Position numbers and translations under genes: made by a program. Source: a virus (lineage: Duplodnaviria > Caudoviricetes). From it: a stretch of 51,435 nucleotides of DNA. The DNA lies in the IMG/VR virus record IMGVR_UViG_3300030376_006121, positions 1 through 51,435 of that record. The stretch is one strand, 5' to 3'. Under the pieces are notes generated by a model. That model saw only the letters and a program-made list of their open reading frames with translations, did not search any database and had not been told where the DNA came from. Positions 37,361-46,391 of the stretch are shown here, piece by piece; within the stretch, counting starts at the first letter, position 1; each line of letters starts with the position of its first letter.

Positions 37361-37825
37361 TTAGAAGGGAGCTTCTTCGTCGGTAAGGTGCGCATCACCG
37401 TTCTCGGAGAGCTTAAGCTGGTCAACGATGCTGATATCAGACTCAGTAGCGCGGTAGAACTTGTAGCGCGGCCAGTTAACCCAGCTATCATTCTCGTCAC
37501 GAGTACCAGCAGTGTACTGGACACGGAAGAAGATAGGAGTGTTCTGGATGTTCTCCAGCTCCTTAGCCACGTCAACCTGACCGCTAACGGAGATACCGCA
37601 GGCGCGGAGGAAGGAAGCCAGCAGCCACGCGACCTTATCCATGGAGATGCGGATAGGGGTAGACATGTTCTTATCCATGCCGACGTAGAGGTTGATGACC
37701 ATATCAGAACCGCTACCGGTGACCTTGAATCCGCGAAGGAACGACGGGTAAGCGCCAGACTCAGCGGGGAAACCGATCTCTGCGGTAGAGAAGGAAACGG
37801 TGTCGAAGTCGAAGATTGTGCTCAT
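37361..37825 (-). CDS. Putative single-stranded DNA-binding protein
   Basis: Follows the AAA_24 gene; acidic tail ending DEEAPF; strongly optimised codons. Confidence 0.65.
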   Translation of the reverse strand: MSTIFDFDTVSFSTAEIGFPAESGAYPSFLRGFKVTGSGSDMVINLYVGMDKNMSTPIRISMDKVAWLLASFLRACGISVSGQVDVAKELENIQNTPIFFRVQYTAGTRDENDSWVNWPRYKFYRATESDISIVDQLKLSENGDAHLTDEEAPF

Positions 37826-37841
37826 TGTGTTGTTACTCTTT

Positions 37842-38696
37842 TTAGAATGCCAGCATATCGCTGGACTTGCTGTTGTTGATGTGCCAGTTTAGAGAGACGA
37901 TTTCTCCGATTAACATTCTGGCTGTGTGTTGTCCGTACTTTTCGATTAGTCTTTCGGATACTACTTTACGGTACCCTCTCTGTTGTTTGTTACAGAACTT
38001 AGTAGCCACCTCCTCTGTTATATCACTGAAGCCCGTAGGCTCTGGAATGTCGTAGCCGGAGTAACGGAGAATGCCGGGAAGGTAAAGCGGAGCAGTATTA
38101 GTTAACACTGCATCTCTATCTCTGCCTTGCCAGTTAACATCTCCAATGTTGAGACAGTATTTCCAGTTAGGATACTGCTTGTAGTCGTCGGTATCAACTC
38201 GGGCCATGACCTTCATCATGCTACCCAGATACTCACCCATCTTACCAGCGAGAGCTAACCCACCTCTGTACTCTTTCTCGTTGCCGTCGATACCCTTAAT
38301 CTGTCTCGGCGGTGATTCATGGCCAGTCATAAGGACCAGACCGGTACGCTCAATGCGCTGAATCTCTTTACCGATTTGCAGGATAAGAGCGTCCAGCTTT
38401 AGCCAGACGTGTGGGTCAGTTGCCATGCCAGCTTTACTGGCAGCGAAGGCCAGACTAACATCGTCAATCATCACGTTACCAGACTTGATTTTACGCAGGT
38501 TAATGATGATATCGTTTAGATTGTTTACCTGTATTCTTTTATCGTTGGCTGCCCCGTACAGCTTAGTAGCTGGAGTAGTACCGTCTTCCTGATACTGCAA
38601 GATAACTCCGCCAAGAACGGAGATTAGCAGCGCCATAGAAGACGACTTACCCGTACCACCTAAACCGTAGAAGCAGTAACTTCCTTTAGGTTTCAC
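37842..38696 (-). CDS. AAA_24 / Sak4-like ATPase
   Basis: YGLGGTGKS, VMIDD, MTGHE, GRDR motifs; lies between Cas4-like and SSB genes. Confidence 0.7.
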   Translation of the reverse strand: MKPKGSYCFYGLGGTGKSSSMALLISVLGGVILQYQEDGTTPATKLYGAANDKRIQVNNLNDIIINLRKIKSGNVMIDDVSLAFAASKAGMATDPHVWLKLDALILQIGKEIQRIERTGLVLMTGHESPPRQIKGIDGNEKEYRGGLALAGKMGEYLGSMMKVMARVDTDDYKQYPNWKYCLNIGDVNWQGRDRDAVLTNTAPLYLPGILRYSGYDIPEPTGFSDITEEVATKFCNKQQRGYRKVVSERLIEKYGQHTARMLIGEIVSLNWHINNSKSSDMLAF

Positions 38697-38731
38697 TCGT
38701 TTGCTCCCTCATGCCCCGTTGGACATACCTT

Positions 38732-38760
38732 AATGTATCAAATCACCTTGAAAAAGTCAA
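38732..38760 (-). promoter_or_regulatory. Sigma70-like promoter
   Basis: TTGACT-17 nt-TACATT with TG extension on the - strand. Confidence 0.75.
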
Positions 38761-38791
38761 ACACTTTATTGTCGGCGTTCAACCTGCATTT

Positions 38792-39592
38792 TCACCGAGG
38801 GTAGCAAGCGTCCTTCTCACGGCACCATCGGCATGGCGTATTGTCGGCGTTCAACGGTGCTTTTGGTACGTACTCTAACTGTGCGTCCTGGTATGTTTCC
38901 CGGTGCAACCAAGATAATCTTACCCGATTCCAGTGGTTGTTAATAATAGTCTCTGAGCAGATAGGAGTGTACTGACTGGCGAAAGTAGAATCCCCTACTA
39001 CAAACTCGTTAACCAGCACACCTCCGAACTTGTCCCCCCAGATATGCCTACCTAAAGCGTTGTACCCTACCATCTGAAACTGACCATGGTACTTAAACCG
39101 AGAGAAGCCAGTCTTAGTCTTGTGGTCTATGATGAATACCAGTCCGTCAAATCTGGTAATAAGGTCTGCTTTCTGAGTGTAGAACTTACCGTTCTGCAAG
39201 TCATACTTCATCTCATACTCTACCCCTATTACCTCACCGAAGATATTATCACCTTCCTGTAAGTAGTTCCACGCTGTCTCTCCGAAGTGCAAAGCCTCAC
39301 TCAGAGTTATAACTCCGAAGCTTTTGTGCTCCTCGATTACTGCTGCTTCCCACGGAGCGATATCGTTAGGGTCTTTACCTTCTTCCTTGTACATTCTTTT
39401 AGCGTAGTGCTGTGCGAGTACGGCGTGAACGGCTGTGCCTATCTCCATTACTCTATTGGTTTTAAAACCTTTGCTGGCTGTAGCCCCATAGTACGGACAG
39501 AATAACCAGTCGTTGACGTGGTGACTTGACCATGATGAAGGTCCACCTATTATAACTTTGCCTTGGTCTGTATCTTTAGTCACTAACTCCAT
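38792..39592 (-). CDS. PD-(D/E)XK Cas4/RecB-like exonuclease
   Basis: CP..., GTAVH, E...D.....IIDHKT, Q...Y, C-terminal CxxC-x5-C. Confidence 0.8.
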   Translation of the reverse strand: MELVTKDTDQGKVIIGGPSSWSSHHVNDWLFCPYYGATASKGFKTNRVMEIGTAVHAVLAQHYAKRMYKEEGKDPNDIAPWEAAVIEEHKSFGVITLSEALHFGETAWNYLQEGDNIFGEVIGVEYEMKYDLQNGKFYTQKADLITRFDGLVFIIDHKTKTGFSRFKYHGQFQMVGYNALGRHIWGDKFGGVLVNEFVVGDSTFASQYTPICSETIINNHWNRVRLSWLHRETYQDAQLEYVPKAPLNADNTPCRWCREKDACYPR

Positions 39593-40626
39593 GTTGCTTT
39601 CTCCTTCCATAGTTTTTTATTGCACACTGCTCTGACTATCTTCTCTGCCACAATAGGAACCACCGCGTTTCCTATCTGCCTGTACTGCTGCGCTTTAGTC
39701 CCTATTAACTTAAACTCCTCTGGGAAGCCTTGAATCCTTAAAGCTTCATTAAGTGTAACTCGTCTTTTCCAGCCTGCAAGCCAGAAATAGTCCGACACTC
39801 TATCTGGTTTTGCGTTGCCGTATTGGTTATACATGTGCTTTCCCCTGGTACCTTTGACTTCCGTAGTCATTAAGGTAGGGGCAGGCTTGTCTAAGTAGTA
39901 TTCGTTAGCGTATTCAGGCGGATCATTTAGATTGTGCATGGTATTATCGTAGATAGTATCACGTATTGTCCTCCATCTTTTCTTAGTGTCAGGGGGAAAA
40001 GTTTTATGTGACCTTCCTGTTGGGGGGATATTGTGCTCTCTCCAGTAGTCGCCAGAGCTGAACTGGCTAAACCAGAGCGCTTCCCCTGAGTGCGTAGTCT
40101 TGGGCCAGACTATAGGGTAGTCCGTTGCTACCACAAACACTCGCCTTCTTACCTGCGGCTCTCCGAAATCGGCAGCGTTTATGATGCGATGAGTTACGTG
40201 CTTGTACCTGTAGCGGAGAAACGGTATTATCCGGCTACTAAAGAAGCATCCAGCACAGGCAGCGTTACACTTCTTTTTGTGGTACAGTATACCTTTGACG
40301 TTCTCCAGTATAACTACTCTGGGCTTCACTATGTCAATGGCCTTCTCTGTAGCAAACCACCCATTCTTTTCTGGGTTTAGCATCTTAGATGCTTTACTGG
40401 CACGGCTATAGATTTGGCAGGGGAAACTACTCCAGATAGCATCGGCCTCTGGAAAGTCTGTGAACCTGTTTAGGTCCACCTCTAAAGACTGCGACCATTC
40501 GATGTTCTCGTTATAGGTTTCGACGGCTTTAGGATCATTGTCGTAAGCGCCGACAACTGTATGCCCTGCCCACTCGATACCCATTGAAGCGCCACCGCAC
40601 CCCGAGAATAAGTCTAAGAATCTCAT
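39583..40626 (-). CDS. dcm: DNA cytosine-5 methyltransferase
   Basis: DLFSGCGG, FPCQ, ENV, Q.RRR, R.QGFP, QIGNAV motifs. Confidence 0.93.
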   Translation of the reverse strand: MRFLDLFSGCGGASMGIEWAGHTVVGAYDNDPKAVETYNENIEWSQSLEVDLNRFTDFPEADAIWSSFPCQIYSRASKASKMLNPEKNGWFATEKAIDIVKPRVVILENVKGILYHKKKCNAACAGCFFSSRIIPFLRYRYKHVTHRIINAADFGEPQVRRRVFVVATDYPIVWPKTTHSGEALWFSQFSSGDYWREHNIPPTGRSHKTFPPDTKKRWRTIRDTIYDNTMHNLNDPPEYANEYYLDKPAPTLMTTEVKGTRGKHMYNQYGNAKPDRVSDYFWLAGWKRRVTLNEALRIQGFPEEFKLIGTKAQQYRQIGNAVVPIVAEKIVRAVCNKKLWKEKATWS

Positions 40627-40694
40627 TACAGTCTGTCCTCTACCAGTGAAGTTATAGTGGCTACCAGTAAGATAGCCAGGATTAATTCAGTCAA
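40626..40694 (-). CDS. 22-aa hydrophobic mini-protein (absent from ORF track)
   Basis: TTG start after GGAGG; MTELILAILLVATITSLVEDRL; stop overlaps the MTase ATG (TAATG). Confidence 0.5.
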   Translation of the reverse strand: MTELILAILLVATITSLVEDRL

Positions 40695-42234
40695 GGAACC
40701 CTCCAATTGCATCAAGTAAGGATTGCTCTCCATCATCCCCGTCGAGTGAGTCCAGAACATTAGACGCTCCCTTGTGCCCTAAAGCCTCTAAGGCTTCCAG
40801 CTTACTGGATTGTATATCCAGTATCCTCTCATCGTAACTGTTCTCCAGAACCATAAACTCTACGTCTACCCCAGACACAACGTTAGGCGCTGGGTTCTTA
40901 CGGTTCCATCTTCCCACCCACTGCTCTACTTCTGTGGGGGACCAAGGTATAGTTACGATGATGCCTCTGTTAACACACTGGATATCCCCAGACTCACCCC
41001 ATGCTTGTCCAGTTCCAATGAGTATCGCACTGTCTGTATTAGTGTAGTATTCTTTTAGTATCTCATCTCTCTGGTCTATCGGTGTTCCACCGTGGGCGTG
41101 ATAGACTTTAACTCCGCAATCCTTCAGACCTTTAGCTAGTATCTCTACGTGCTCTCTCTGATTAACGAAGACACAGGTTTTGTACCACTGGCCTTGCGTA
41201 TCGTCTATGATTTCCTTGATGTGCTTTACTACGTACTTGAGCTTGAGCTTTGCAGCTTTGTTAGCCAGAGCAGCAAGAGTTTCCCTTGGCTTAATCTTGA
41301 GCTTCTTTATCTCTGCCTTGGTCATCTTCTGAGGTTTGTTGTTAGGCACGACATGCTTTGTGATGTTAAGCCCTGGTAAACCGCTGACCATTGAGGGCTC
41401 TATCTCCACAGTAAACCAAGAGGCGCGACCTTTTAACTCACGCTCTCTCTTAGTCCCGCTGTACTTCCATCCGTATCCGGTGTGCTCTGCCTCAGTGTAC
41501 CGCTGCTTAAACTCGTAGTCAGAGCGGCCCCACCTTCCCGGCTCTACGATATCGTAGATACTCCACAAGTCACTCGGAGTATCGTACACAGGAGTAGCCG
41601 TTACTGCGATTCTCCTCGTAGCTTTATGGCTGAGGAAGGCAGCGCAAGAACTGCGAGTGTATACAGGCTGGTACTTTCTCTTACCGTCGTTACCCACGCT
41701 GGTCTTGAATCGCTTAGGATTCTTAGCGTTGTGTACCTCATCGAAGACAATGCACAGTTTTTGAGAGCACAGTAGTTCTTTAAGTGTGGAGTACCAGTTC
41801 TTAAGCACTGCCCAATTGATAACGTGGATAACGTCTGACGAGTGCTGAATAACAGTAGGGTCCGGGGTTCTACCTCTAAGAATATGAGTAGTGTATCCTT
41901 TGAGGCACTTGTTATTGTCTTCCTCCCACCGAGATATACCAGAGGTACGGCAGACAACAAGGAACCTATTACAGATACCTTGTTCTTTTAGGAAGTTCAT
42001 GTAAGCTAAACCAGTGGCAGTCTTCCCGCTTCCACACGGAGCCTTAGCCAAAGCACCGGGCACATGTAGAGAGAAGCTTAACATCATAAGCTGATGCTCC
42101 CCTAATACAAAGTCGTGCTTCCAGTTAGCCGAATTAGCTATCCATGTGCGTAACTTATCCAGAGTAGTTGGGGCAGTTCTCTTAGCTATCTGATCCTGTA
42201 CTCGCTTATCTTTATGTGCAATCTTACTTGTCAC
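40687..42234 (-). CDS. SNF2-like SF2 helicase
   Basis: GSGKT, FDEVH, TATP, Q.VGR.NR motifs. Confidence 0.85.
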   Translation of the reverse strand: MTSKIAHKDKRVQDQIAKRTAPTTLDKLRTWIANSANWKHDFVLGEHQLMMLSFSLHVPGALAKAPCGSGKTATGLAYMNFLKEQGICNRFLVVCRTSGISRWEEDNNKCLKGYTTHILRGRTPDPTVIQHSSDVIHVINWAVLKNWYSTLKELLCSQKLCIVFDEVHNAKNPKRFKTSVGNDGKRKYQPVYTRSSCAAFLSHKATRRIAVTATPVYDTPSDLWSIYDIVEPGRWGRSDYEFKQRYTEAEHTGYGWKYSGTKRERELKGRASWFTVEIEPSMVSGLPGLNITKHVVPNNKPQKMTKAEIKKLKIKPRETLAALANKAAKLKLKYVVKHIKEIIDDTQGQWYKTCVFVNQREHVEILAKGLKDCGVKVYHAHGGTPIDQRDEILKEYYTNTDSAILIGTGQAWGESGDIQCVNRGIIVTIPWSPTEVEQWVGRWNRKNPAPNVVSGVDVEFMVLENSYDERILDIQSSKLEALEALGHKGASNVLDSLDGDDGEQSLLDAIGGFLD

Positions 42235-42460
42235 GATTGAGAATCCTCTGGGCTGTAGCTTTAGGTACGATGAAGATAGCTTGATCTACTTTGATGATAA
42301 CGTCCGAACAGTAGCCTTGTAACCTTCCGTTACGGGTGCTTAGTCGGAGAGTCCCACAGGAGAAGTTAGCGTTAGGGACACCGCAAAACTCCGCGTATTC
42401 CTGCTCTGTTCTTTCTTCGGTAACTTCCATTGTCTCTACTTTTAGCCTTCTGAATCTCAT
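42224..42460 (-). CDS. Hypothetical protein
   Basis: ATGA-coupled to the primase gene. Confidence 0.6.
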   Translation of the reverse strand: MRFRRLKVETMEVTEERTEQEYAEFCGVPNANFSCGTLRLSTRNGRLQGYCSDVIIKVDQAIFIVPKATAQRILNRDK

Positions 42461-44526
42461 GATAACCCCACTCCCTTAATGGTGGTGCCGTCGATAACAT
42501 ACCCTCGTTCCTCTACGGCAGATATGAACGCGGGCTGAGTCATAGTCCTAAGTCCTCTGTTCATACAGAACTTCCTATAGGACTGGTAGATAGCTTCGAT
42601 AGTTGTACTCTGCGACGGATGCAACACACACTTAGCAGACAGGAACGTAAAGGTAATGTCTATCCTGTTACGGTATTCATCCCGAGCCAACTGCTCTGCA
42701 ACAGGACTGTTTAACCCTGTGACCTTAGTTGCAATAGCGCCACGGATAAGCCACTGTAGAATGCCTGGGGCTTCCTGTAACAGCTTGTCCTTGAGGTTAG
42801 GATCTCTCTGAGCTTTAGGTATCACGACCTTCATAGGTATAATCCTAATGCGCCGCCACATGGCGTTGGTCCTGATACGTGGTGCGTGGTTAGTACTTAG
42901 CCACAGCTTGCCCACAGGCTTAAACTCGAAGAAGTCCTGATACATAAACCGGGCAATGATGGGATCGCCACCGGTCCATTGCTGTACGAATGACTCGTTA
43001 AAGGTTTCACCCGGCCTACCTTCCTGCGCTATCACCATACGCGCCCCGTGTAGCCGTGCGATATCGCTGGAAGCTGCGCCCTTATTCCTGATAGTGAACG
43101 TTCCGAAGTCAGCCCCCATACAATACTCACCAGCTATATGCCGTATGATTTCCAGCATAGTAGACTTACCGTTAGCTCCCGGCCCATGGATAAGGTAGAA
43201 CTGTTGGTGTCTAACGTCAGCAGTAAGCGACCAGCCTAATACCTTCTGCATGTAGTTAATCATAGTGGGGTCACTGGCAAACACAGTGTCCATAAACTTT
43301 AAGAAGTTAGGGCACTTAGCTTTAGGCTCATACATGACGGGAGAAGTCTTGGTCTGTAAGTAGCTTTTGTCGTGCGGGTAAAGCTTACCTGTAGACAGGT
43401 CTACCACACCGTTAGCTGCATTAAACAGGAACGGGTCAGCGTTTAACTTTCCCACGGACAAGGCTACCGATGGCTCTGTCCTCAGCACCTCTAAGCAGTT
43501 ACGTAACCCAGCAGCGGACTGGCTCTTAACAGCCCACTCGTTATATTTCTTACGCTGCTTCCCTCGTTTAGTCTGACCTTCCAAGTAGACTAAATCCGGC
43601 ACTCGCTTAACCATCTGGCTAATAACCGAGTCAGAGTTATCTTCTTCCCATGTCTGACCGTTATAGAAAGCCCACTCACCTTTCTCTTTTAAGTACTTGA
43701 TGTCCTGACCAAATACTCTGGCTGCTCTCCTGGCATTACCCAGATCAGTCAGTGGTTCCTCTGGGGCATACCGACAGATAGACTTGACTATCTTGTCTAC
43801 CTCTCCCCTGGATAACGGCGGCTTACACTGCGCTTGATTGATGGCATGGATAGCGATGGAGATGGTACTCTCATCAATGTCCCGCAGTCGCATGGTACCA
43901 GCAATAGAAGCAAGTTTAGCGTTCCTACTGCCGGGAGCAAACCCGTTCATTATCTTAGAAGTAATGGTGGGGTTGTGCTGGGGAGCTGTGTTAGTCTGTC
44001 CCTTCTGCAACATTACCATGTCTAACAACCACTGCGGAGCGGCGGCTATGCCGTTAGACGGTGGGGTTAGCCACTTGTATTTCTTCCCGCTGAAGTGGGT
44101 AGCCGGTGGAAGCACAGCCAGCTTTCCTGTACTTAGAAAGTCTATGCCGGGAGCCAACACCTTACTTGGTACGTTTATCTGTACCCTAAAGTAGTAGTGG
44201 AGTCCGCCTCCCCCTGTACTTACTGAGGTAGTAGGAGGCATCTTCCTACTCTTAATCATGTTACTGAAAGACTGTGTTCCTCCGTTACGGGGATCAATGT
44301 CCACAATAACTATACCTGACTTGGAACCGGTAGCTATCCCTACGTTCCTGTTACCAGGGATAGCGGACAGGTTACCGTTGGCTGCGCGCCAACCTCCTCT
44401 TACTGCCGGATGCTTACCCGGCGCTTTACAGTTTTTACCTTTAGAACAGTTACACACTCCGTTCTCTATTCGGTATAGGGGCAGCACCTTAGCTCCCATG
44501 TTTAGGAGCGTCCTAACTTCACTCAT
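42457..44526 (-). CDS. Prim-pol / PriCT / D5-like SF3 primase-helicase
   Basis: C.C....C..PGKHP, N.GIATG, VDIDPRNGG, GG.H.YF, G.RN, TDLGNA.R, G.GANGKST, TGGD motifs. Confidence 0.92.
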   Translation of the reverse strand: MSEVRTLLNMGAKVLPLYRIENGVCNCSKGKNCKAPGKHPAVRGGWRAANGNLSAIPGNRNVGIATGSKSGIVIVDIDPRNGGTQSFSNMIKSRKMPPTTSVSTGGGGLHYYFRVQINVPSKVLAPGIDFLSTGKLAVLPPATHFSGKKYKWLTPPSNGIAAAPQWLLDMVMLQKGQTNTAPQHNPTITSKIMNGFAPGSRNAKLASIAGTMRLRDIDESTISIAIHAINQAQCKPPLSRGEVDKIVKSICRYAPEEPLTDLGNARRAARVFGQDIKYLKEKGEWAFYNGQTWEEDNSDSVISQMVKRVPDLVYLEGQTKRGKQRKKYNEWAVKSQSAAGLRNCLEVLRTEPSVALSVGKLNADPFLFNAANGVVDLSTGKLYPHDKSYLQTKTSPVMYEPKAKCPNFLKFMDTVFASDPTMINYMQKVLGWSLTADVRHQQFYLIHGPGANGKSTMLEIIRHIAGEYCMGADFGTFTIRNKGAASSDIARLHGARMVIAQEGRPGETFNESFVQQWTGGDPIIARFMYQDFFEFKPVGKLWLSTNHAPRIRTNAMWRRIRIIPMKVVIPKAQRDPNLKDKLLQEAPGILQWLIRGAIATKVTGLNSPVAEQLARDEYRNRIDITFTFLSAKCVLHPSQSTTIEAIYQSYRKFCMNRGLRTMTQPAFISAVEERGYVIDGTTIKGVGLS

Positions 44527-44578
44527 TGGTCAACCTTCCTGCGGTACACTTACGGAGGATTACCGGGTTTGAACCTGT

Positions 44579-44607
44579 ACTATAGCATTTTCAAGGCCAA
44601 AAGTCAA
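44579..44607 (-). promoter_or_regulatory. Sigma70-like promoter for the replication operon
   Basis: TTGACT-17 nt-TATAGT with TG extension on the - strand. Confidence 0.8.
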
Positions 44608-44668
44608 GCCCCAATTTCCGGTGAAAGGAAAGAGGGGCTCAGATATAATCGGTGTTATTTTTGATTTA

Positions 44669-45244
44669 TTATTTTATTAGTGTGTTCTCATAGAACCGCT
44701 CGTCATTCTCTGACGCTACCGCGTTTGATACTCTCTTTAGTATCCTGTCAGGAAGATGCTTCAAAATCTTCCTTAGCTCATAAGCTCCTATCGGGACACC
44801 GGCATCGTACCGGTATATTACCCCTAACTCCAGCGGCCATAACTGACTGTCAGGGTAGAAAACCTTTGTTCCGTAAGCTTCTATAAGCTTATCGTTATAG
44901 TCCGCTAACTGCGGACAGTGAATGTTTGGCCCTCTACCAATGTAGCGAGCCGGGAGTAACGGAGATAGTATTACCCAGTTGTGTCCCCCCTGGGTGCTAC
45001 TCTGCGGACAGGTATAGCTATACTTGCCCAGATTGAACCTCACCATTCTACCGGGTAGATACTCTCGGTCTTCCGGGAGATTGTTTAACTCTACTGCCGG
45101 CACTATCGCCTGTCCCCCGATGGGGGATACCAGCATGGCGTCCGTATCCCCTTCTTTGATTTGCCAGTAGTCAAGCCGACTACCGAATCGGCAAGCGTTT
45201 AAAGCTTCCTTAGCCAGATACTTATGTAGTTCTTGGATTTCCAT
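44669..45244 (-). CDS. Hypothetical protein
   Basis: GGAG RBS; 191 aa. Confidence 0.7.
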   Translation of the reverse strand: MEIQELHKYLAKEALNACRFGSRLDYWQIKEGDTDAMLVSPIGGQAIVPAVELNNLPEDREYLPGRMVRFNLGKYSYTCPQSSTQGGHNWVILSPLLPARYIGRGPNIHCPQLADYNDKLIEAYGTKVFYPDSQLWPLELGVIYRYDAGVPIGAYELRKILKHLPDRILKRVSNAVASENDERFYENTLIK

Positions 45245-45272
45245 TTGCTTATCTCCGTTTGTTAAACAGGAA

Positions 45273-45294
45273 TAGGGTAGCCGAAGCTACCCTA
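45273..45294 (-). terminator. UUCG tetraloop hairpin (terminator or processing site)
   Basis: TAGGGTAGC-TTCG-GCTACCCTA on the - strand; weak U-tail. Confidence 0.6.
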
Positions 45295-45298
45295 CCTT

Positions 45299-45568
45299 TT
45301 ACTCGATACCTTTCCACTTATCAATAAGTGGGCCGGGTGCATTTCTCTCGATTAAGAACCAGCGGATTTCCGCTAACTCAGCGTAAGACCAGCCTACCAT
45401 TACCCGGAAAATCCGGGAGTTGTAGTCATGAGGAAGCAAGTCCTCTAACTGGTCAAACTCATCGGCACTAAGACCGGAAGGGGGAGTTGTGATAAACTCC
45501 CTTGCCTCATGGATACTATCCATTGTCAGCTTCTCACTTGCGAAGTAATAGCGTACCATCCTCAGCAT
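45299..45568 (-). CDS. Hypothetical protein
   Basis: TAATG-coupled to the upstream gene. Confidence 0.65.
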   Translation of the reverse strand: MLRMVRYYFASEKLTMDSIHEAREFITTPPSGLSADEFDQLEDLLPHDYNSRIFRVMVGWSYAELAEIRWFLIERNAPGPLIDKWKGIE

Positions 45569-46380
45569 TAGAGGATACCTCCACAGATAGCATCGAGTGC
45601 GTCCTGGTATTCATCCTGTACGTTACCGAGGATAACGCCCTTGGTAACAGCCGCACGAACCTGATTAATAGCTGTGCTTACGCTGGTAAGCTTCTCATTG
45701 AACAGCTTCTCATACTGTTCCAACTTAGCCTCAAGAGCGTTAGCCCTCTTGTGCCGACTGGTATCAGCCTTGCCGCTGTGCTTGCCTTCCAGCTCCTCAG
45801 CAATCTTCGCGGCTTCCGAGATGAGCCCTTCTACTACCTGTTCGATAGCCTGCTGCTTATTCTCCTCAGTATACGCAAGGGTATACTTTCTGAGTTGGAT
45901 AGCGCCGACATTGTGCAGCCCTTCGAGGGTAGTCAGCACTGAGGCATCGGTAACCAGCGCGCACCGGGTACCCATACGGATACTCAGGCGGGAGTACACG
46001 TACTGCTCAATCTCCCTGGTAAGGTCAGCAGGGCTAACGCACCCAACGAGATACTGATACGCCTTAGTAATGGCTACCATTTTCTCTGTACTGAGCAGGT
46101 CACCAGACTTACTGGACTGCTCAATGGTCAGCCCGCTAATGTAGATTGATATGTCGTTTTTTATCCGCACATGGTAATCACCATCGGGCGAAGCTGACGT
46201 AATAGCGTAACCGATAAGGTTAAGCTTCTTTAGCCGTGGTCGCCTGAGTACCACCATCATGGCCCTATGTAAAGCATCACTTGGTCCCATGGTAGCTGGG
46301 TACATCCCAGCAGAGAGGATGGTACCCTGGGGGACCACGTTGGATTTCCAGCTGACGATGGTTCCGAGATTCTTAGTCAT
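45568..46380 (-). CDS. Hypothetical protein with C-terminal coiled coil, third gene of the MoxR/vWA module
   Basis: LGTIVSW N-terminus; helical C-terminus. Confidence 0.65.
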   Translation of the reverse strand: MTKNLGTIVSWKSNVVPQGTILSAGMYPATMGPSDALHRAMMVVLRRPRLKKLNLIGYAITSASPDGDYHVRIKNDISIYISGLTIEQSSKSGDLLSTEKMVAITKAYQYLVGCVSPADLTREIEQYVYSRLSIRMGTRCALVTDASVLTTLEGLHNVGAIQLRKYTLAYTEENKQQAIEQVVEGLISEAAKIAEELEGKHSGKADTSRHKRANALEAKLEQYEKLFNEKLTSVSTAINQVRAAVTKGVILGNVQDEYQDALDAICGGIL

Positions 46381-46391
46381 GTTGTTGTCCT

